A stretch of 64,000 nucleotides of DNA from Pseudomonadota bacterium (GTDB lineage Bacteria; Pseudomonadota; Gammaproteobacteria; Burkholderiales; JBEEJL01). The DNA lies in NCBI GenBank assembly GCA_043744215.1, contig JAYTVC010000049.1, forward strand, positions 1,051 through 65,050, in the 5' to 3' direction. The translations under genes were made by a program, and so were the position numbers. The notes under the pieces were generated by a model. It made no database searches and had not been told where the DNA came from. It was given only the letters and a program-made list of their open reading frames with translations. This document shows positions 1 through 9,495 of this stretch, piece after piece (within the stretch, counting starts at the first letter, position 1; each line of letters opens with the position of its first letter).

Positions 1-7
1 GAGAAGC

Positions 8-277
8 ATGAAACACGAAAATCGCAAGAAGCAATTTGGTCAAGGGATGATGGAATATCTCATCATCGTGGCAGTGGTCGCTATCGCGGCAATTGGCTGT
101 TATGGTTTTTTCGGCAAAACAGTCCGTAACTCGATGGCAGGTTTGGCCAAAGAAGTGGCCGGCCAGGATTCAGCAACGCAAATTACCGCCGCCAATACTG
201 CTGCAACCGGTGCCAATACCGCAGCGACTACGGCCGTTGGTCTTAATAACTACGGCGCAGCCAACCGCGCAAAATAA
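8..277 (+). CDS. flp: Flp/Fap-family type IVc (Tad) pilin, copy 1
   Basis: An 89-aa protein with a basic leader, then KKQFG|QGMMEYLIIVAVVAIAAI. This fits the Flp G|XXXXEY prepilin motif followed by a hydrophobic helix. It is the first gene of a Tad-type locus. Confidence 0.85.
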   Translation: MKHENRKKQFGQGMMEYLIIVAVVAIAAIGCYGFFGKTVRNSMAGLAKEVAGQDSATQITAANTAATGANTAATTAVGLNNYGAANRAK

Positions 278-282
278 ACCGA

Positions 283-1854
283 GTGGCAGTCGCGAAAACC
301 AGTTCAACGACGATGAAGAAAGAGATCATGATGAAATACGTTCGTCCCTTTCAACAGCAAGGTCAAGCCATCGTGCTGACACTGGTTTTCGCGGCTGCGC
401 TTGTTCTTATCGCGTTTTTTGTTTACAACACATCGCTGTTGGCCAATAACAAAACCAAATTGCAGGATACGGCGGATGCCGTCGCCTATAGCGCAGCCGT
501 ATTACAGGCGCGTGACCATAATTTTTCTGCCTATACCAATCGTGCGATGGTGGCCAACCAGGTGGCAGTAGCGCAGGTTGTAGGGCTTAAATCATTTTTT
601 GAAGATGCAAAGAATCAGATCGACCGGTCAGAGGGGTGGTGGCTGAAATTTTGGCGCTGGATGGCCGGCGATATGACCAACCTGACTTGGGATATTCCAC
701 TCGCCCTTGCAAAACCCTTGGTAAATGTGGCCAACAATGAAATCAATTCATCCGCAAGAGGCCTTGCCACCGGGCTGGATGTGCTAATCGTAGGGCTTGA
801 AAAAGCACAGAATTTACATCATGACTTTACTGGCGTTGATATGTTGTTGGCGATGTCAAAAGTGACGTCCGAGAACGATCCGGACATCCAGGTTTCCAAA
901 GGAACTTTTCAGATCGGGAATATGCCGATACGCATCAAGAAATGGCGCGACTATACGGCCAGTCGTCACGCGAACGATAATTCGGAAGACCGGTTTGCGA
1001 ATGTGACGGTTGATTCTTTGGATCGATTTTCCGTAAACCGCACTTCGCCGCGTTTCGTTCCATCGCTGCTGGCTTTGGGCGCGGGAAACATGGGTGTGAA
1101 GCTATGCGTAGGAGCGACATTTTCTGCTATTGGTTTTACATCCGTGCATGGCGGGGGTACGCAACTTAGCCGAAACAAAAAGAAGTGGCGTGCCCTGGAT
1201 GCGACCGAAGGTAGTGGCGCATGGGTTTGTGTTTACGGCTGCGGTTTCCCTCCCTGTGGTGCGACAGTCGGTTCACCTATATTAGAGCTCGGAGGCAGCG
1301 GCGGCGCGATGGTAGGCAGCGGGTCGGGTTACGGTGGCGAAGTAAACGGATTTACCCGCAGCGGCTTCAACAATGGTTATGGGTGGGCGCTGTTTAATCC
1401 CCTTGTCGCGGTTCCAGCATGGTACAGGTTTGGCGTAACAGGCACAGGCGGGTCCCTCGATAATTCAGCACGTGGCGGTTTGCAAGATACTTATCGTGAT
1501 TTGGCAGATGTATCCAAGCTTCCAAAAGATCGGTCTGCCGAAGCCAATAGCGCACCCTACATTACAGTCGAATTGGAAAAAGGTGCGACAAAAAATAGAA
1601 CGTCCGATGTCGTGATGCCCGGCAGTAATGCGCTGAAGCTGGCTCCTGATCTCAAGGGGGGCAAGATGAAGACGCTGAGTTCTGCGCAAACCTATTTCAT
1701 GCGCCCAAACAACAACAGTTCCATGACAGGAACCGGTTGGAAAAGGCTTATTGATAACAAAACCGAGTATGCCAATTTATTTAATCCTTATTGGCAGGCC
1801 CGTTTATCCAAAACCCCGGACGCAGAAAAAGCCGCTTCCGCTCTGGCGCAATAG
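283..1854 (+). CDS. TadG-like pilus-assembly protein / large pseudopilin
   Basis: The N-terminus FQQQG|QAIVLTLVFAAALVLIAFFVYN followed by TADAVAYSAAVLQARDHNFSAYTNRAMVANQ resembles the TadG-like N-terminal domain. The C-terminal part is Gly/Cys-rich. The start is ambiguous: GTG 283, ATG 313 or ATG 328, the last preceded by gaaagag. Confidence 0.65.
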   Translation: MAVAKTSSTTMKKEIMMKYVRPFQQQGQAIVLTLVFAAALVLIAFFVYNTSLLANNKTKLQDTADAVAYSAAVLQARDHNFSAYTNRAMVANQVAVAQVVGLKSFFEDAKNQIDRSEGWWLKFWRWMAGDMTNLTWDIPLALAKPLVNVANNEINSSARGLATGLDVLIVGLEKAQNLHHDFTGVDMLLAMSKVTSENDPDIQVSKGTFQIGNMPIRIKKWRDYTASRHANDNSEDRFANVTVDSLDRFSVNRTSPRFVPSLLALGAGNMGVKLCVGATFSAIGFTSVHGGGTQLSRNKKKWRALDATEGSGAWVCVYGCGFPPCGATVGSPILELGGSGGAMVGSGSGYGGEVNGFTRSGFNNGYGWALFNPLVAVPAWYRFGVTGTGGSLDNSARGGLQDTYRDLADVSKLPKDRSAEANSAPYITVELEKGATKNRTSDVVMPGSNALKLAPDLKGGKMKTLSSAQTYFMRPNNNSSMTGTGWKRLIDNKTEYANLFNPYWQARLSKTPDAEKAASALAQ

Positions 1855-1860
1855 GCGAAT

Positions 1861-2718
1861 ATGGGAGTGAAAATGCAAACAGTTACAGCACGCGCAGGCA
1901 ATAGGAATCATCGTATTCATGGCCAAGCCCTGACAGAATTTCTGGTAGCGGGATTATTTTTTATTGTCCCAATTATTTTGATTATCGCCACGGTGGCAAA
2001 GCTATCGGATGTGAAATATACGGCGATTCAAGCATCACGCTATTCAGCCTGGGAAAAAACGGTTTGGGCGAACGATGAATCAGCATGGATGGCCAGCCAA
2101 AAACCGAATTCAAAATCTAATGCCAATATTCGCAATGAAATTGCGACGAGGATGGTGACCGATCGAAGGAGCGGCCTAGTGTTCAAAAACACGGATAAAA
2201 CCGCCACCTCGTTCGTAAACGGCAGCTCATTCCTGTGGAAGGACCCGGAAGGAAAAAAATATCTGGAAAAATATGCTGACTTAAATGGCATTGATAACCG
2301 TAAAAAATCCCCCGATATTTTGAGCAAGGCTATCGGCGGCCTGGGGAGCATAACGGTGCCCGGTTTGGGAGCGATCGGGTTGGAAGTGCCGTCGCAGAAT
2401 CTGCAATCGCAGATCGTTTCTTTTGACGTAGCCCAATCCAGCAGTTCACTGAAGCGGCTGTTTAAGGACACACCCGGTGCATGGACCGGAATGAAGATTA
2501 GCGATACCTCGTCCATCTTGACCAATACCTGGATGCCGAACGGGGCCAACAACAATCGCGACCTGGTCAAAGGTCTTGCGCCCATGTCCACCACAGCGGC
2601 ACAAGTGCTAGCAGCGCCGCTCTATGCCGGTATGGGCGTCATGGATCCGGTGACACTAAGTGGTTTTGATTTAGGCAAGATCGATATCGATCGAGTGCCG
2701 GTGGACCGGCTTAAGTAA
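1861..2718 (+). CDS. TadE/TadF-like pseudopilin
   Basis: The leader ends RIHG|QALTEFLVAGLFFIVPIILII, a TadE-like prepilin motif with Glu at +5. An alternative start at ATG 1873 has a gggag RBS. Confidence 0.7.
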   Translation: MGVKMQTVTARAGNRNHRIHGQALTEFLVAGLFFIVPIILIIATVAKLSDVKYTAIQASRYSAWEKTVWANDESAWMASQKPNSKSNANIRNEIATRMVTDRRSGLVFKNTDKTATSFVNGSSFLWKDPEGKKYLEKYADLNGIDNRKKSPDILSKAIGGLGSITVPGLGAIGLEVPSQNLQSQIVSFDVAQSSSSLKRLFKDTPGAWTGMKISDTSSILTNTWMPNGANNNRDLVKGLAPMSTTAAQVLAAPLYAGMGVMDPVTLSGFDLGKIDIDRVPVDRLK

Positions 2719-3458
2719 TGGGAGTGATGATGAAAATAGCCTGCCAGCCTTTGCGCATGTGTCGACTGAAATATGTTGTTCCCAGTCTGTGCTTGTACCT
2801 GATCAGCGGCGGCATCATGGCTTCGGCTGCAACCTGCGACGTGAAAAAAAATGAGGTGGCAGCCGGCGCCTGGATCGCTCCCGAAGTGACGGCCAACAAA
2901 CTTCCGTTGTCGATTATGGAAGTAAAATCCAATCAGCCGATGAAATTGCTGCTTGATGAGTTTGTCGAGAAATGGAAAAAGGAAGGCGCGAAAACACGCC
3001 AGTATGATGCGGCAGGCTGGAAGGTTGCCGGCGCATTGTACGGTGATTGTTTTTATACCTTACAGTTGATCGAAGATGCGACGAAAGGTGCCAAATCCTA
3101 CGGCTATCTTTCAGCAAGCAAACTCAATCAGATGTCAAAGTCTTACGATAAATTCAAAAATTTGCCCGTACTGGCCGGCGCGGAAGTCGTGTCGGATGTG
3201 GAATCCAATGATAGCGGTAAATTAGGCCGGACCATCGTACTAACGAGCACCACATCGCCGTTGAAAGTGAATGATTATTACGTCACGCAGCTTTACAAGG
3301 AGGGCTGGGGTTTCAGTGCCAACCAAACCCAGATGTTGGATAAAAGTAATTCGGTGCATTTAATTGTGGCAAAAAAAGCCGGTGTCGAAGTCGATATGGT
3401 GATTGCCGAGGCCGAAGGCAAAACCGTGATCACTGCCGTCATGACAGATAAACCCTGA
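2718..3458 (+). CDS. Hypothetical exported protein in the Tad locus
   Basis: The start overlaps the upstream stop (TAATG). There is an N-terminal hydrophobic signal-like segment, and I recognise no family. Confidence 0.5.
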   Translation: MGVMMKIACQPLRMCRLKYVVPSLCLYLISGGIMASAATCDVKKNEVAAGAWIAPEVTANKLPLSIMEVKSNQPMKLLLDEFVEKWKKEGAKTRQYDAAGWKVAGALYGDCFYTLQLIEDATKGAKSYGYLSASKLNQMSKSYDKFKNLPVLAGAEVVSDVESNDSGKLGRTIVLTSTTSPLKVNDYYVTQLYKEGWGFSANQTQMLDKSNSVHLIVAKKAGVEVDMVIAEAEGKTVITAVMTDKP

Positions 3459-3528
3459 TTCAACCTGCTATCAGCGTTCAGGCGCACCAGTACCCATTCA
3501 AAGTTGTTTCCCAGCGCTTTCAAAATAC

Positions 3529-3544
3529 TGTGAACCAAATCACA
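3529..3544. promoter_or_regulatory. Candidate CRP/Vfr-type binding site
   Basis: TGTGAACCAAATCACA has perfect TGTGA-N6-TCACA half-sites. It lies about 105-120 bp upstream of the flp2-cpaB operon start. Confidence 0.45.
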
Positions 3545-3574
3545 GTCAAAGGTTACTCATTAGTATGGGTGGAT

Positions 3575-3601
3575 AATATTTTTATATAAATCAATAGGTT
3601 A
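3575..3601 (-). repeat. 27-bp AT-rich intergenic motif copy (weaker distal half)
   Basis: The reverse strand reads taacctattgatttatataaaaatatt. The plus-strand core AAATCAATAGGTTA matches WATCAANNNNTTR. It lies 47-62 bp upstream of flp2. Confidence 0.45.
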
Positions 3602-3647
3602 TATAAAGACAGTATTTCACCCCAAGTGGCCATACAAGACGGTATCG

Positions 3648-3845
3648 ATGAAAGGAAAGCAGATGAGCACGATCAATCTCGCTAAACAATATGGCCAGAG
3701 TATGTCGGAATATCTCGTTGTTTTATTTTTTTCTGTCGTGGTGTTGATAGTGGGCGGTAATTCTTCAGTCATGCAACAAGTCATGTCGGCTATTAAGGGA
3801 TTTTTCAAAGCCTACGCGTATGCCATGTCTGTTGTGCCCATCTAA
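3648..3845 (+). CDS. flp: Flp-like pilin, copy 2
   Basis: A 65-aa ORF with AKQYG|QSMSEYLVVLFFSVVVLIV, the Flp G|XXXXEY motif plus a hydrophobic helix. The more likely start is ATG 3663, which is preceded by aggaaa. The gene sits directly upstream of cpaB. Confidence 0.75.
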   Translation: MKGKQMSTINLAKQYGQSMSEYLVVLFFSVVVLIVGGNSSVMQQVMSAIKGFFKAYAYAMSVVPI

Positions 3846-3919
3846 TCCCGGCCTGGAAAAATTATTTTTGAGATGCGAAATAGAATTCAATTCATTTTAA
3901 TCAGCCCAAGGAAAATATT

Positions 3920-5020
3920 ATGGCAAGCCCGCTAAGAATTGCAGCAAAATTGAACAACCCTTGGGTGTTGTTGGTATGTGCCGGCATATTGGCGTTGCTT
4001 ATGTCTTTCGCTGCCATGTCCTATCTGCAAGATAAAGAAAAACGGCTTCGCGAAGAAATCGCACAAAAAGCCGGCAATGAGCAGACACCCAAAATAGCGG
4101 TCGTCGTGCCGCCGAAAGATGTCAAGCCAGGCACCGTCATTTCATCTGCAACGTTCGTGGCAAGAGAAATTGATGCGGATCTCGTTTATGACGACATGGT
4201 GAAAGCGTCGGAATTCAACTCCCTTACCGGCCTGAAGTTGACACAGGGCGTACAACAGGGCCGGCCGCTCAGGATGTCCGATATCCAGCCGGAAAAAGTA
4301 TCTGATGTCTCGACCATTATCGCGCCGGGCAAGCGCGCCATCACGATTGAAATAGACAGTAACAATTCCATGGCGCAAATGCTGCGCGCTGGCAATACGG
4401 TGGATTTGTATTTGATCGCCAACGAAGTGCAGCAAAAAAAGGAAGCCATTGAAGACGGTGCACCCAGTCTAGCGGCCAAATTATTTCTGCAGGATGTGCT
4501 GGTGATTGCCACCGGTAAAGACTTTCGCAAAACCGAATTGACCCAGGATGGCGGCACAAAAGCAAAAAAACCTAACGGGGTATTTGAAAATGAGAAGGAT
4601 GATAAGTACGACAGCATCACTTTGCAGGTTACCGCGAATGAAGCGGCAAGTATTGCGCTGGCGCAAAAAGTCGGTTCGCTTCGTGCAGTATTACGCGGCG
4701 AAAACGATAGACAGGCTTTGCAATTTACTTCGATTAATGCCCGAAAATTATTGACCGGCCGTGATAGCTTGCCTACGCCAAAGCAGGAAGGTGGTGTTGA
4801 AATGATACTGGGTGGCAAGGGAGCAGCAGGCGGCAAGGCGATGCAGATTCCCCAAATGTCTGATTTCTTGAAGGCGCTCCCTATGCCCGATATGAAAAAA
4901 CCGCCAGTGCCAGTCGAAGGAATCATGGTGGATAACGTACCGGCTGCGGAGCCAGCGGTTCGGCCGGGCAATTCGCCGATCCCCGCGTTGGCAAAAATGG
5001 CAGGCCAAGAGAGAAAATAG
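3920..5020 (+). CDS. cpaB: Flp pilus assembly protein CpaB/RcpC
   Basis: It has an N-terminal TM anchor, then a SAF-like segment (VVVPPKDVKPGTVISSATF) and an RcpC-like core (GKRAITIEID, GNTVDLYL, VLVIATG). It occupies the canonical position before the secretin. Confidence 0.8.
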   Translation: MASPLRIAAKLNNPWVLLVCAGILALLMSFAAMSYLQDKEKRLREEIAQKAGNEQTPKIAVVVPPKDVKPGTVISSATFVAREIDADLVYDDMVKASEFNSLTGLKLTQGVQQGRPLRMSDIQPEKVSDVSTIIAPGKRAITIEIDSNNSMAQMLRAGNTVDLYLIANEVQQKKEAIEDGAPSLAAKLFLQDVLVIATGKDFRKTELTQDGGTKAKKPNGVFENEKDDKYDSITLQVTANEAASIALAQKVGSLRAVLRGENDRQALQFTSINARKLLTGRDSLPTPKQEGGVEMILGGKGAAGGKAMQIPQMSDFLKALPMPDMKKPPVPVEGIMVDNVPAAEPAVRPGNSPIPALAKMAGQERK

Positions 5021-5081
5021 TTTTTAGGAAATTTAAAAACCGATATTTTTAAATCGAATTCAGGAATAAGGACGGCAAATC

Positions 5082-6863
5082 ATGAAAGCATTCAACCACT
5101 ATTCAGCAGGAATTATGTTCACATTGTTAGCAACTATGGGCAATGCAAACATTGAAGCCAGCGCTGCGGACAACAGGGTTGCGGCATTGTCCGGGGTTCA
5201 TGCGAGCCAATCTGAAGCCGTTGAAAAAAGTCGCCCGCAGAAAAATATTAGCTTGCGCGTGGGCGAAACCAGCGCCTTTCGTGTTGAAGGCGCCATCAAA
5301 CAAGTCGTGATGGGCAAAAGCGGCTTGGTCATAGCGCAATCCAATGATAATCAAATATTGCTGTCCGGCCAGATTCCGGGTGAAACCAATCTGCATGTAT
5401 GGACTACCACGGCTCTCTATGTTTACAAACTGACGGTGTCCGGAGAAGTCAGTCCGGCGGCAAATTATTCCACCGCGAGTTCCATGCCGACCGCTCCCGT
5501 TGCCCAGGTTTCACGCGCAGTGATTCAAGAACAGCCGGAATCCCGCGCACAGGCCCACTACGCTGCTCAGCCGGAAAAAACATCTTTCCAGGCGGTGTCT
5601 GATGAGGTGGCGGCGACAGAAAAAATGACGCTGTATAAAGGCCAGATAAGATCCCTTCCGGTGGAAGGGAAAATCAAACGTATCGCGGTTGGCAATAGCG
5701 CATTGCTGACAACCACAGCCGTTGATAATCAGGTGTTGCTGATTGGCGAAGACACGGGCGATACCAGTCTGTATATCTGGACGGCGACCAATCATTACCG
5801 TTACAAAGTTACCGTCGTGCAATCGGATCCGGCCGATCTTGAGCGCCAATTACAAACGATTTTGCGCCGCTCACCGGAAATTGCGGTGGAGCGATCCGGC
5901 GGAAGATTGATTCTGACCGGCGTGACCCATACAGATAATTTGTCTATCGTAAGCAATGCGGTCAAAAACATGGCGGGCGTGGTGAACTTGCTTAAGGCGG
6001 ACGAAGGCCAGCCGCTGAAAAAGACAGTCATGTTCAAAGTGCAATTGGTTGAAGTGTCCAAAAATGTTTTGCAGGAGATTGGCGTGCAGTGGGATAAAAG
6101 CCTACATGGCCCACAGGGTGCTGTTCAAGGCGTGCTGGGTAAAGGTGGCGTATATGGCACCTTGCCTCAAGGCCAACCGGATTTTTCCAAATTGCCCAAT
6201 ACGCCATTTAGCGTGGGTGGCGCGATCAATGGCGCGTTTGTCGGCATCACTTCCGCGATCACCTCAAAAATTAATTTTGCCATCAACAGTGGCGACGCCT
6301 ACGTGTTGGCAGCGCCGGAATTGTCGAGTAAGAGCGGCGGCAAAGCGTCGTTTCTTGCGGGTGGAGAAGTGCCCATCGTGAAGGCTGGCGCTTTCGGAAC
6401 GACGGATGTGGAATACAAAAAGTACGGCATTCTGTTGAATATTTCCCCTGTCATCGATGCCAACAATAATATTTCCGCCCGCATTGAGACGGAAATGAGC
6501 CAGATCGATGCATCCAGCTCGTATGGCGGGTTTCCCGGTTTCCTCACGCGCCGCACTGAATCCGATGTCAGCCTCGCGGCCGGGCAGACCATCGCGTTGT
6601 CCGGCTTGATGTCGGCGAATTCATCCAATGCCGTGGATAAAGTGCCGTTCCTCGGTGACTTGCCTGTCCTGGGCCGTTTATTCCGCTCCGAAAGTTTCAG
6701 AAAAAATAAGTCTGATTTGGTCATTTTTGTGTCACCCGTTGTGATGGATCCTGAAGCAGACAAAAATATTCGTATGCTCGAACTTGCCGCGCAAATTCAG
6801 CGCGATCAAAAAGCGTTGGAAGTTGCGAAAGAGATTCCGCCACTGAAAATCATCAACAACTAA
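5082..6863 (+). CDS. cpaC: Tad secretin CpaC/RcpA
   Basis: It has a signal peptide and two tandem pilus-formation N-terminal repeats (ISLRVGETSAFRVEG...YKLTV and MTLYKGQIRSLPVEG...YKVTV). The C-terminal secretin domain contains VPFLGDLPVLGRLFRS. Confidence 0.9.
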   Translation: MKAFNHYSAGIMFTLLATMGNANIEASAADNRVAALSGVHASQSEAVEKSRPQKNISLRVGETSAFRVEGAIKQVVMGKSGLVIAQSNDNQILLSGQIPGETNLHVWTTTALYVYKLTVSGEVSPAANYSTASSMPTAPVAQVSRAVIQEQPESRAQAHYAAQPEKTSFQAVSDEVAATEKMTLYKGQIRSLPVEGKIKRIAVGNSALLTTTAVDNQVLLIGEDTGDTSLYIWTATNHYRYKVTVVQSDPADLERQLQTILRRSPEIAVERSGGRLILTGVTHTDNLSIVSNAVKNMAGVVNLLKADEGQPLKKTVMFKVQLVEVSKNVLQEIGVQWDKSLHGPQGAVQGVLGKGGVYGTLPQGQPDFSKLPNTPFSVGGAINGAFVGITSAITSKINFAINSGDAYVLAAPELSSKSGGKASFLAGGEVPIVKAGAFGTTDVEYKKYGILLNISPVIDANNNISARIETEMSQIDASSSYGGFPGFLTRRTESDVSLAAGQTIALSGLMSANSSNAVDKVPFLGDLPVLGRLFRSESFRKNKSDLVIFVSPVVMDPEADKNIRMLELAAQIQRDQKALEVAKEIPPLKIINN

Positions 6864-6883
6864 TCGTTTATCAGGAAAAAATC

Positions 6884-8650
6884 ATGTTTAGTGTAGAAGT
6901 GATTAAAAGCGGTAAGACCATCTTTTCTGCCGAATGCGCGAATGATGCGTGCGTTCTGGGACGCGATAACAATGCCTTCTTCGTGCTAAAAGGTTGGATG
7001 ATTGGTAAGCAGCAGATCAAGCTAAGCATGCAAAAAGGGGACGTGTTTGTGGAAGACGGCGGTGGCATCACCGGCCTTTTCGTCAACGGCAAATCCATCA
7101 ACCGTTACGGCCCTTTGCATGCGACCGATGTGATCGAAATTGCCGACTATAAAATCCGGGCGTATGCGGCGGAGTCGTTCGCCAAACCGCAAAAGAACGA
7201 AAGCAAACTATCAGGTTTGGCGGAATCTAACAACGCAGACAATCCCAATCAACCGAAAGCGAATCCCATTCAATCAGGGAGCCAGGAGCGCGGCGAAGTA
7301 CATTTGGTGGATACAGCCTCGGGTATTGCGCTGCGGTTACGTATACATAAAAAACTGATTGAAATGATGGACTTACGTAGGGTTAACGTCGCTCGTATGA
7401 GCGATGAAGAATTGCGACAAAGTGTCAGCACCCTGATCGATGAAATCATCACAGCAGATTCCAGCTTCCGTGAATTTCAAGGCGCGCGCGAAGATTTACG
7501 AGATTGCGTATTGAACGAAGTGGTAGGGCTTGGCCCGTTAGAGAGTTTGCTTGCTGATGAAAGCGTTACTGAAGTAATGGTAAATCGATACAACGACATT
7601 TTTATTGAAAAAAATGGCAAGCTGATGCGCTCATCCATCAGCTTTTCCAACGACGCTGCAGTGCTGTCGGCCATTGAGCGGATTGTCGCTCCGTTAGGCC
7701 GCCGCATTGACGAGAGTTCACCGATGGTTGATGCGCGCTTGAAAGATGGCTCCCGCGTCAATGCCATTATTCCGCCCCTGGCCATCAAAGGGCCTTGCAT
7801 TACCATCCGTAAATTTTCCCGGCGTCGTTTGCACGATGCAGATTTGCTCAAGTTCGGTTCCATCTCCCGCGAAATGCTTTTGTTCATGAGAATGTCCGTT
7901 GAGCAGCGTGCCAATGTGGTGATTTCAGGCGGCACAGGCTCCGGCAAAACCACTTTGTTGAATGTATTATCGAATTACATCCCTGATGACGAACGCATCG
8001 TGACAGTAGAAGATGCCGCTGAATTACAATTGAACCAACCCAATCTGGTTTCCCTCGAAGCACGCCCGGCAAACATCGAAGGGCGTGGTGCCGTTCCAAT
8101 CCGTGATCTGGTCAAAAACTGTTTACGTATGCGACCGGATCGTATCGTGGTCGGCGAGTGTCGTGGCGGCGAAGCGCTGGATATGTTGCAGGCCATGAAC
8201 ACTGGCCACGACGGTTCGCTCACTACCGCCCACGCCAATACGCCCCGTGATTGCCTCTCGCGTTTGGAAGTGATGGCGCTGATGTCCGGTTTGGATATTC
8301 CGATTTCCGCCATCCGCGATCAGGTGGCATCGGCAGTCGATATTATTATTCAACAGACGCGTTTTTCCTGCGGCAGCCGTCGGGTGACGCACATTTCTGA
8401 AGTCGTCGGCATGGAGCAAGGAACGATTCAATTGCAAGACATATTCCTGTTTAAGCAAAATGGTTTCGGGGCCGATGGAAAAATCCGTGGTGAATACGTG
8501 GCTACCGGCCATATTCCCGATTTCTATCACAACCTGATGGAGCGCGGTCTTGAAGTGGATATTTCCATTTTCCACAACAACACCGTAAAACCGGTGATAA
8601 AACCTGAAGCTAGTGCGGAATTGAACCAGGAAGTGAGGGCCGTTGCATGA
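6884..8650 (+). CDS. cpaF: CpaF/TadA secretion ATPase with N-terminal FHA-like domain
   Basis: Walker A is GGTGSGKTT, Walker B-like is DRIVVGECRG, and the His box is GHDGSLTTAHAN. An N-terminal extension of about 100 aa (CVLGRDNN...LFVNGKSINRYGPLHATDVIEIADYKIR) looks like an FHA fold. Confidence 0.85.
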   Translation: MFSVEVIKSGKTIFSAECANDACVLGRDNNAFFVLKGWMIGKQQIKLSMQKGDVFVEDGGGITGLFVNGKSINRYGPLHATDVIEIADYKIRAYAAESFAKPQKNESKLSGLAESNNADNPNQPKANPIQSGSQERGEVHLVDTASGIALRLRIHKKLIEMMDLRRVNVARMSDEELRQSVSTLIDEIITADSSFREFQGAREDLRDCVLNEVVGLGPLESLLADESVTEVMVNRYNDIFIEKNGKLMRSSISFSNDAAVLSAIERIVAPLGRRIDESSPMVDARLKDGSRVNAIIPPLAIKGPCITIRKFSRRRLHDADLLKFGSISREMLLFMRMSVEQRANVVISGGTGSGKTTLLNVLSNYIPDDERIVTVEDAAELQLNQPNLVSLEARPANIEGRGAVPIRDLVKNCLRMRPDRIVVGECRGGEALDMLQAMNTGHDGSLTTAHANTPRDCLSRLEVMALMSGLDIPISAIRDQVASAVDIIIQQTRFSCGSRRVTHISEVVGMEQGTIQLQDIFLFKQNGFGADGKIRGEYVATGHIPDFYHNLMERGLEVDISIFHNNTVKPVIKPEASAELNQEVRAVA

Positions 8651-9495
8651 ATATCTATGTGATCGCCGCGCTGGGTTTTGTCTCGTTTTTTGCCATGCTG
8701 GTCATTATCTTTCGCCAGGGTGGCAATTGGTTTGCCAAGAAGCAAAAAGTGCAAGCCAATCACGCGGCCGATTCCCTGGAAGGCCTATTTATTTTTACCG
8801 ACTCCAGCAACATTATGTTGATCAACATCGTCGTCATGATTTTGATGCCGATATTGGCGTGGTTTATATCGGGAAACTTCATTATCGTTGTCGGGAGCGC
8901 GATATTGGCTTTCATGTTACCGAAAAAAGTGGTGCGCCATTTGATGAAGAAGCGGTTAGAAAAATTTGAACTGCAATTACCGGATGCGTTACTCATGATT
9001 ACAGGCGCACTTCGAGCCGGAGCCAGTTTACCGATCGCGCTGGAGAGCGTAGTCAGCGATGCGGCGCCACCGGTATCCCAGGAATTTGATTTGTTATTGC
9101 GAGAGATGAGAATGGGCGTGGATTTCAGCGTGGCGTTGAGAAATCTGGAAACCCGTGTGCCATTGCCCGATCTATTAATGGTGACATCCGGGATGAGTCT
9201 GGCACGGGATATTGGTGCCAACCTGGCGGAAACGCTGGAGTCTATCGGCAAGACGTTGCGCAGTAAATTGCAAATGGAAGGCAAAATCCGCAGTTTGACC
9301 GCGCAAGGAAAAATGCAAGGCATGGTCATGGCTGCACTGCCGTTTTTTTTGATGCTGGTATTGAACGTGATGGAGCCGGAAGCCATGGCACCCCTATTCA
9401 ATCGATGGTTTGGCTGGATCACGCTGGCAATAGTGATTGTGATGGATATGATTGGTTATTTTTTCATCAAAAAAATTACGAGTATCGACGTATGA
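8647..9495 (+). CDS. tadB: TadB (T2SS-F family inner-membrane platform protein)
   Basis: There is an ATGA overlap with cpaF. The protein is polytopic with a T2SSF-like cytoplasmic domain (LPDALLMITGALRAGASLPIALE) and sits in the canonical position. Confidence 0.8.
   Translation: MNIYVIAALGFVSFFAMLVIIFRQGGNWFAKKQKVQANHAADSLEGLFIFTDSSNIMLINIVVMILMPILAWFISGNFIIVVGSAILAFMLPKKVVRHLMKKRLEKFELQLPDALLMITGALRAGASLPIALESVVSDAAPPVSQEFDLLLREMRMGVDFSVALRNLETRVPLPDLLMVTSGMSLARDIGANLAETLESIGKTLRSKLQMEGKIRSLTAQGKMQGMVMAALPFFLMLVLNVMEPEAMAPLFNRWFGWITLAIVIVMDMIGYFFIKKITSIDV

Noticed and set aside
3459-3647. A sigma-54 (TGGCAC-N5-TTGC) promoter upstream of flp2, considered because tggccatacaag is present near 3626.
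   Set aside because: The -12 TTGC element is missing and the spacing does not fit. Only the CRP-like palindrome and the AT-rich motif are well supported.
4186-4971. A long antisense ORF (261 aa) opposite cpaB. Similar mirror ORFs occur elsewhere, for example 2040-2594, 8760-9422, 12981-13484, 13494-14018, 15908-16558, 20546-21190, 28716-29297, 29857-30411, 40573-41199, 48672-49229, 62125-62646 and 62780-63268.
   Set aside because: In each case the opposite strand or another frame encodes a protein with clear family motifs. The mirror ORFs are Arg/Ala/Gly/Ser-rich low-complexity translations with no RBS or domain signature, the usual artefact in GC-biased coding DNA.
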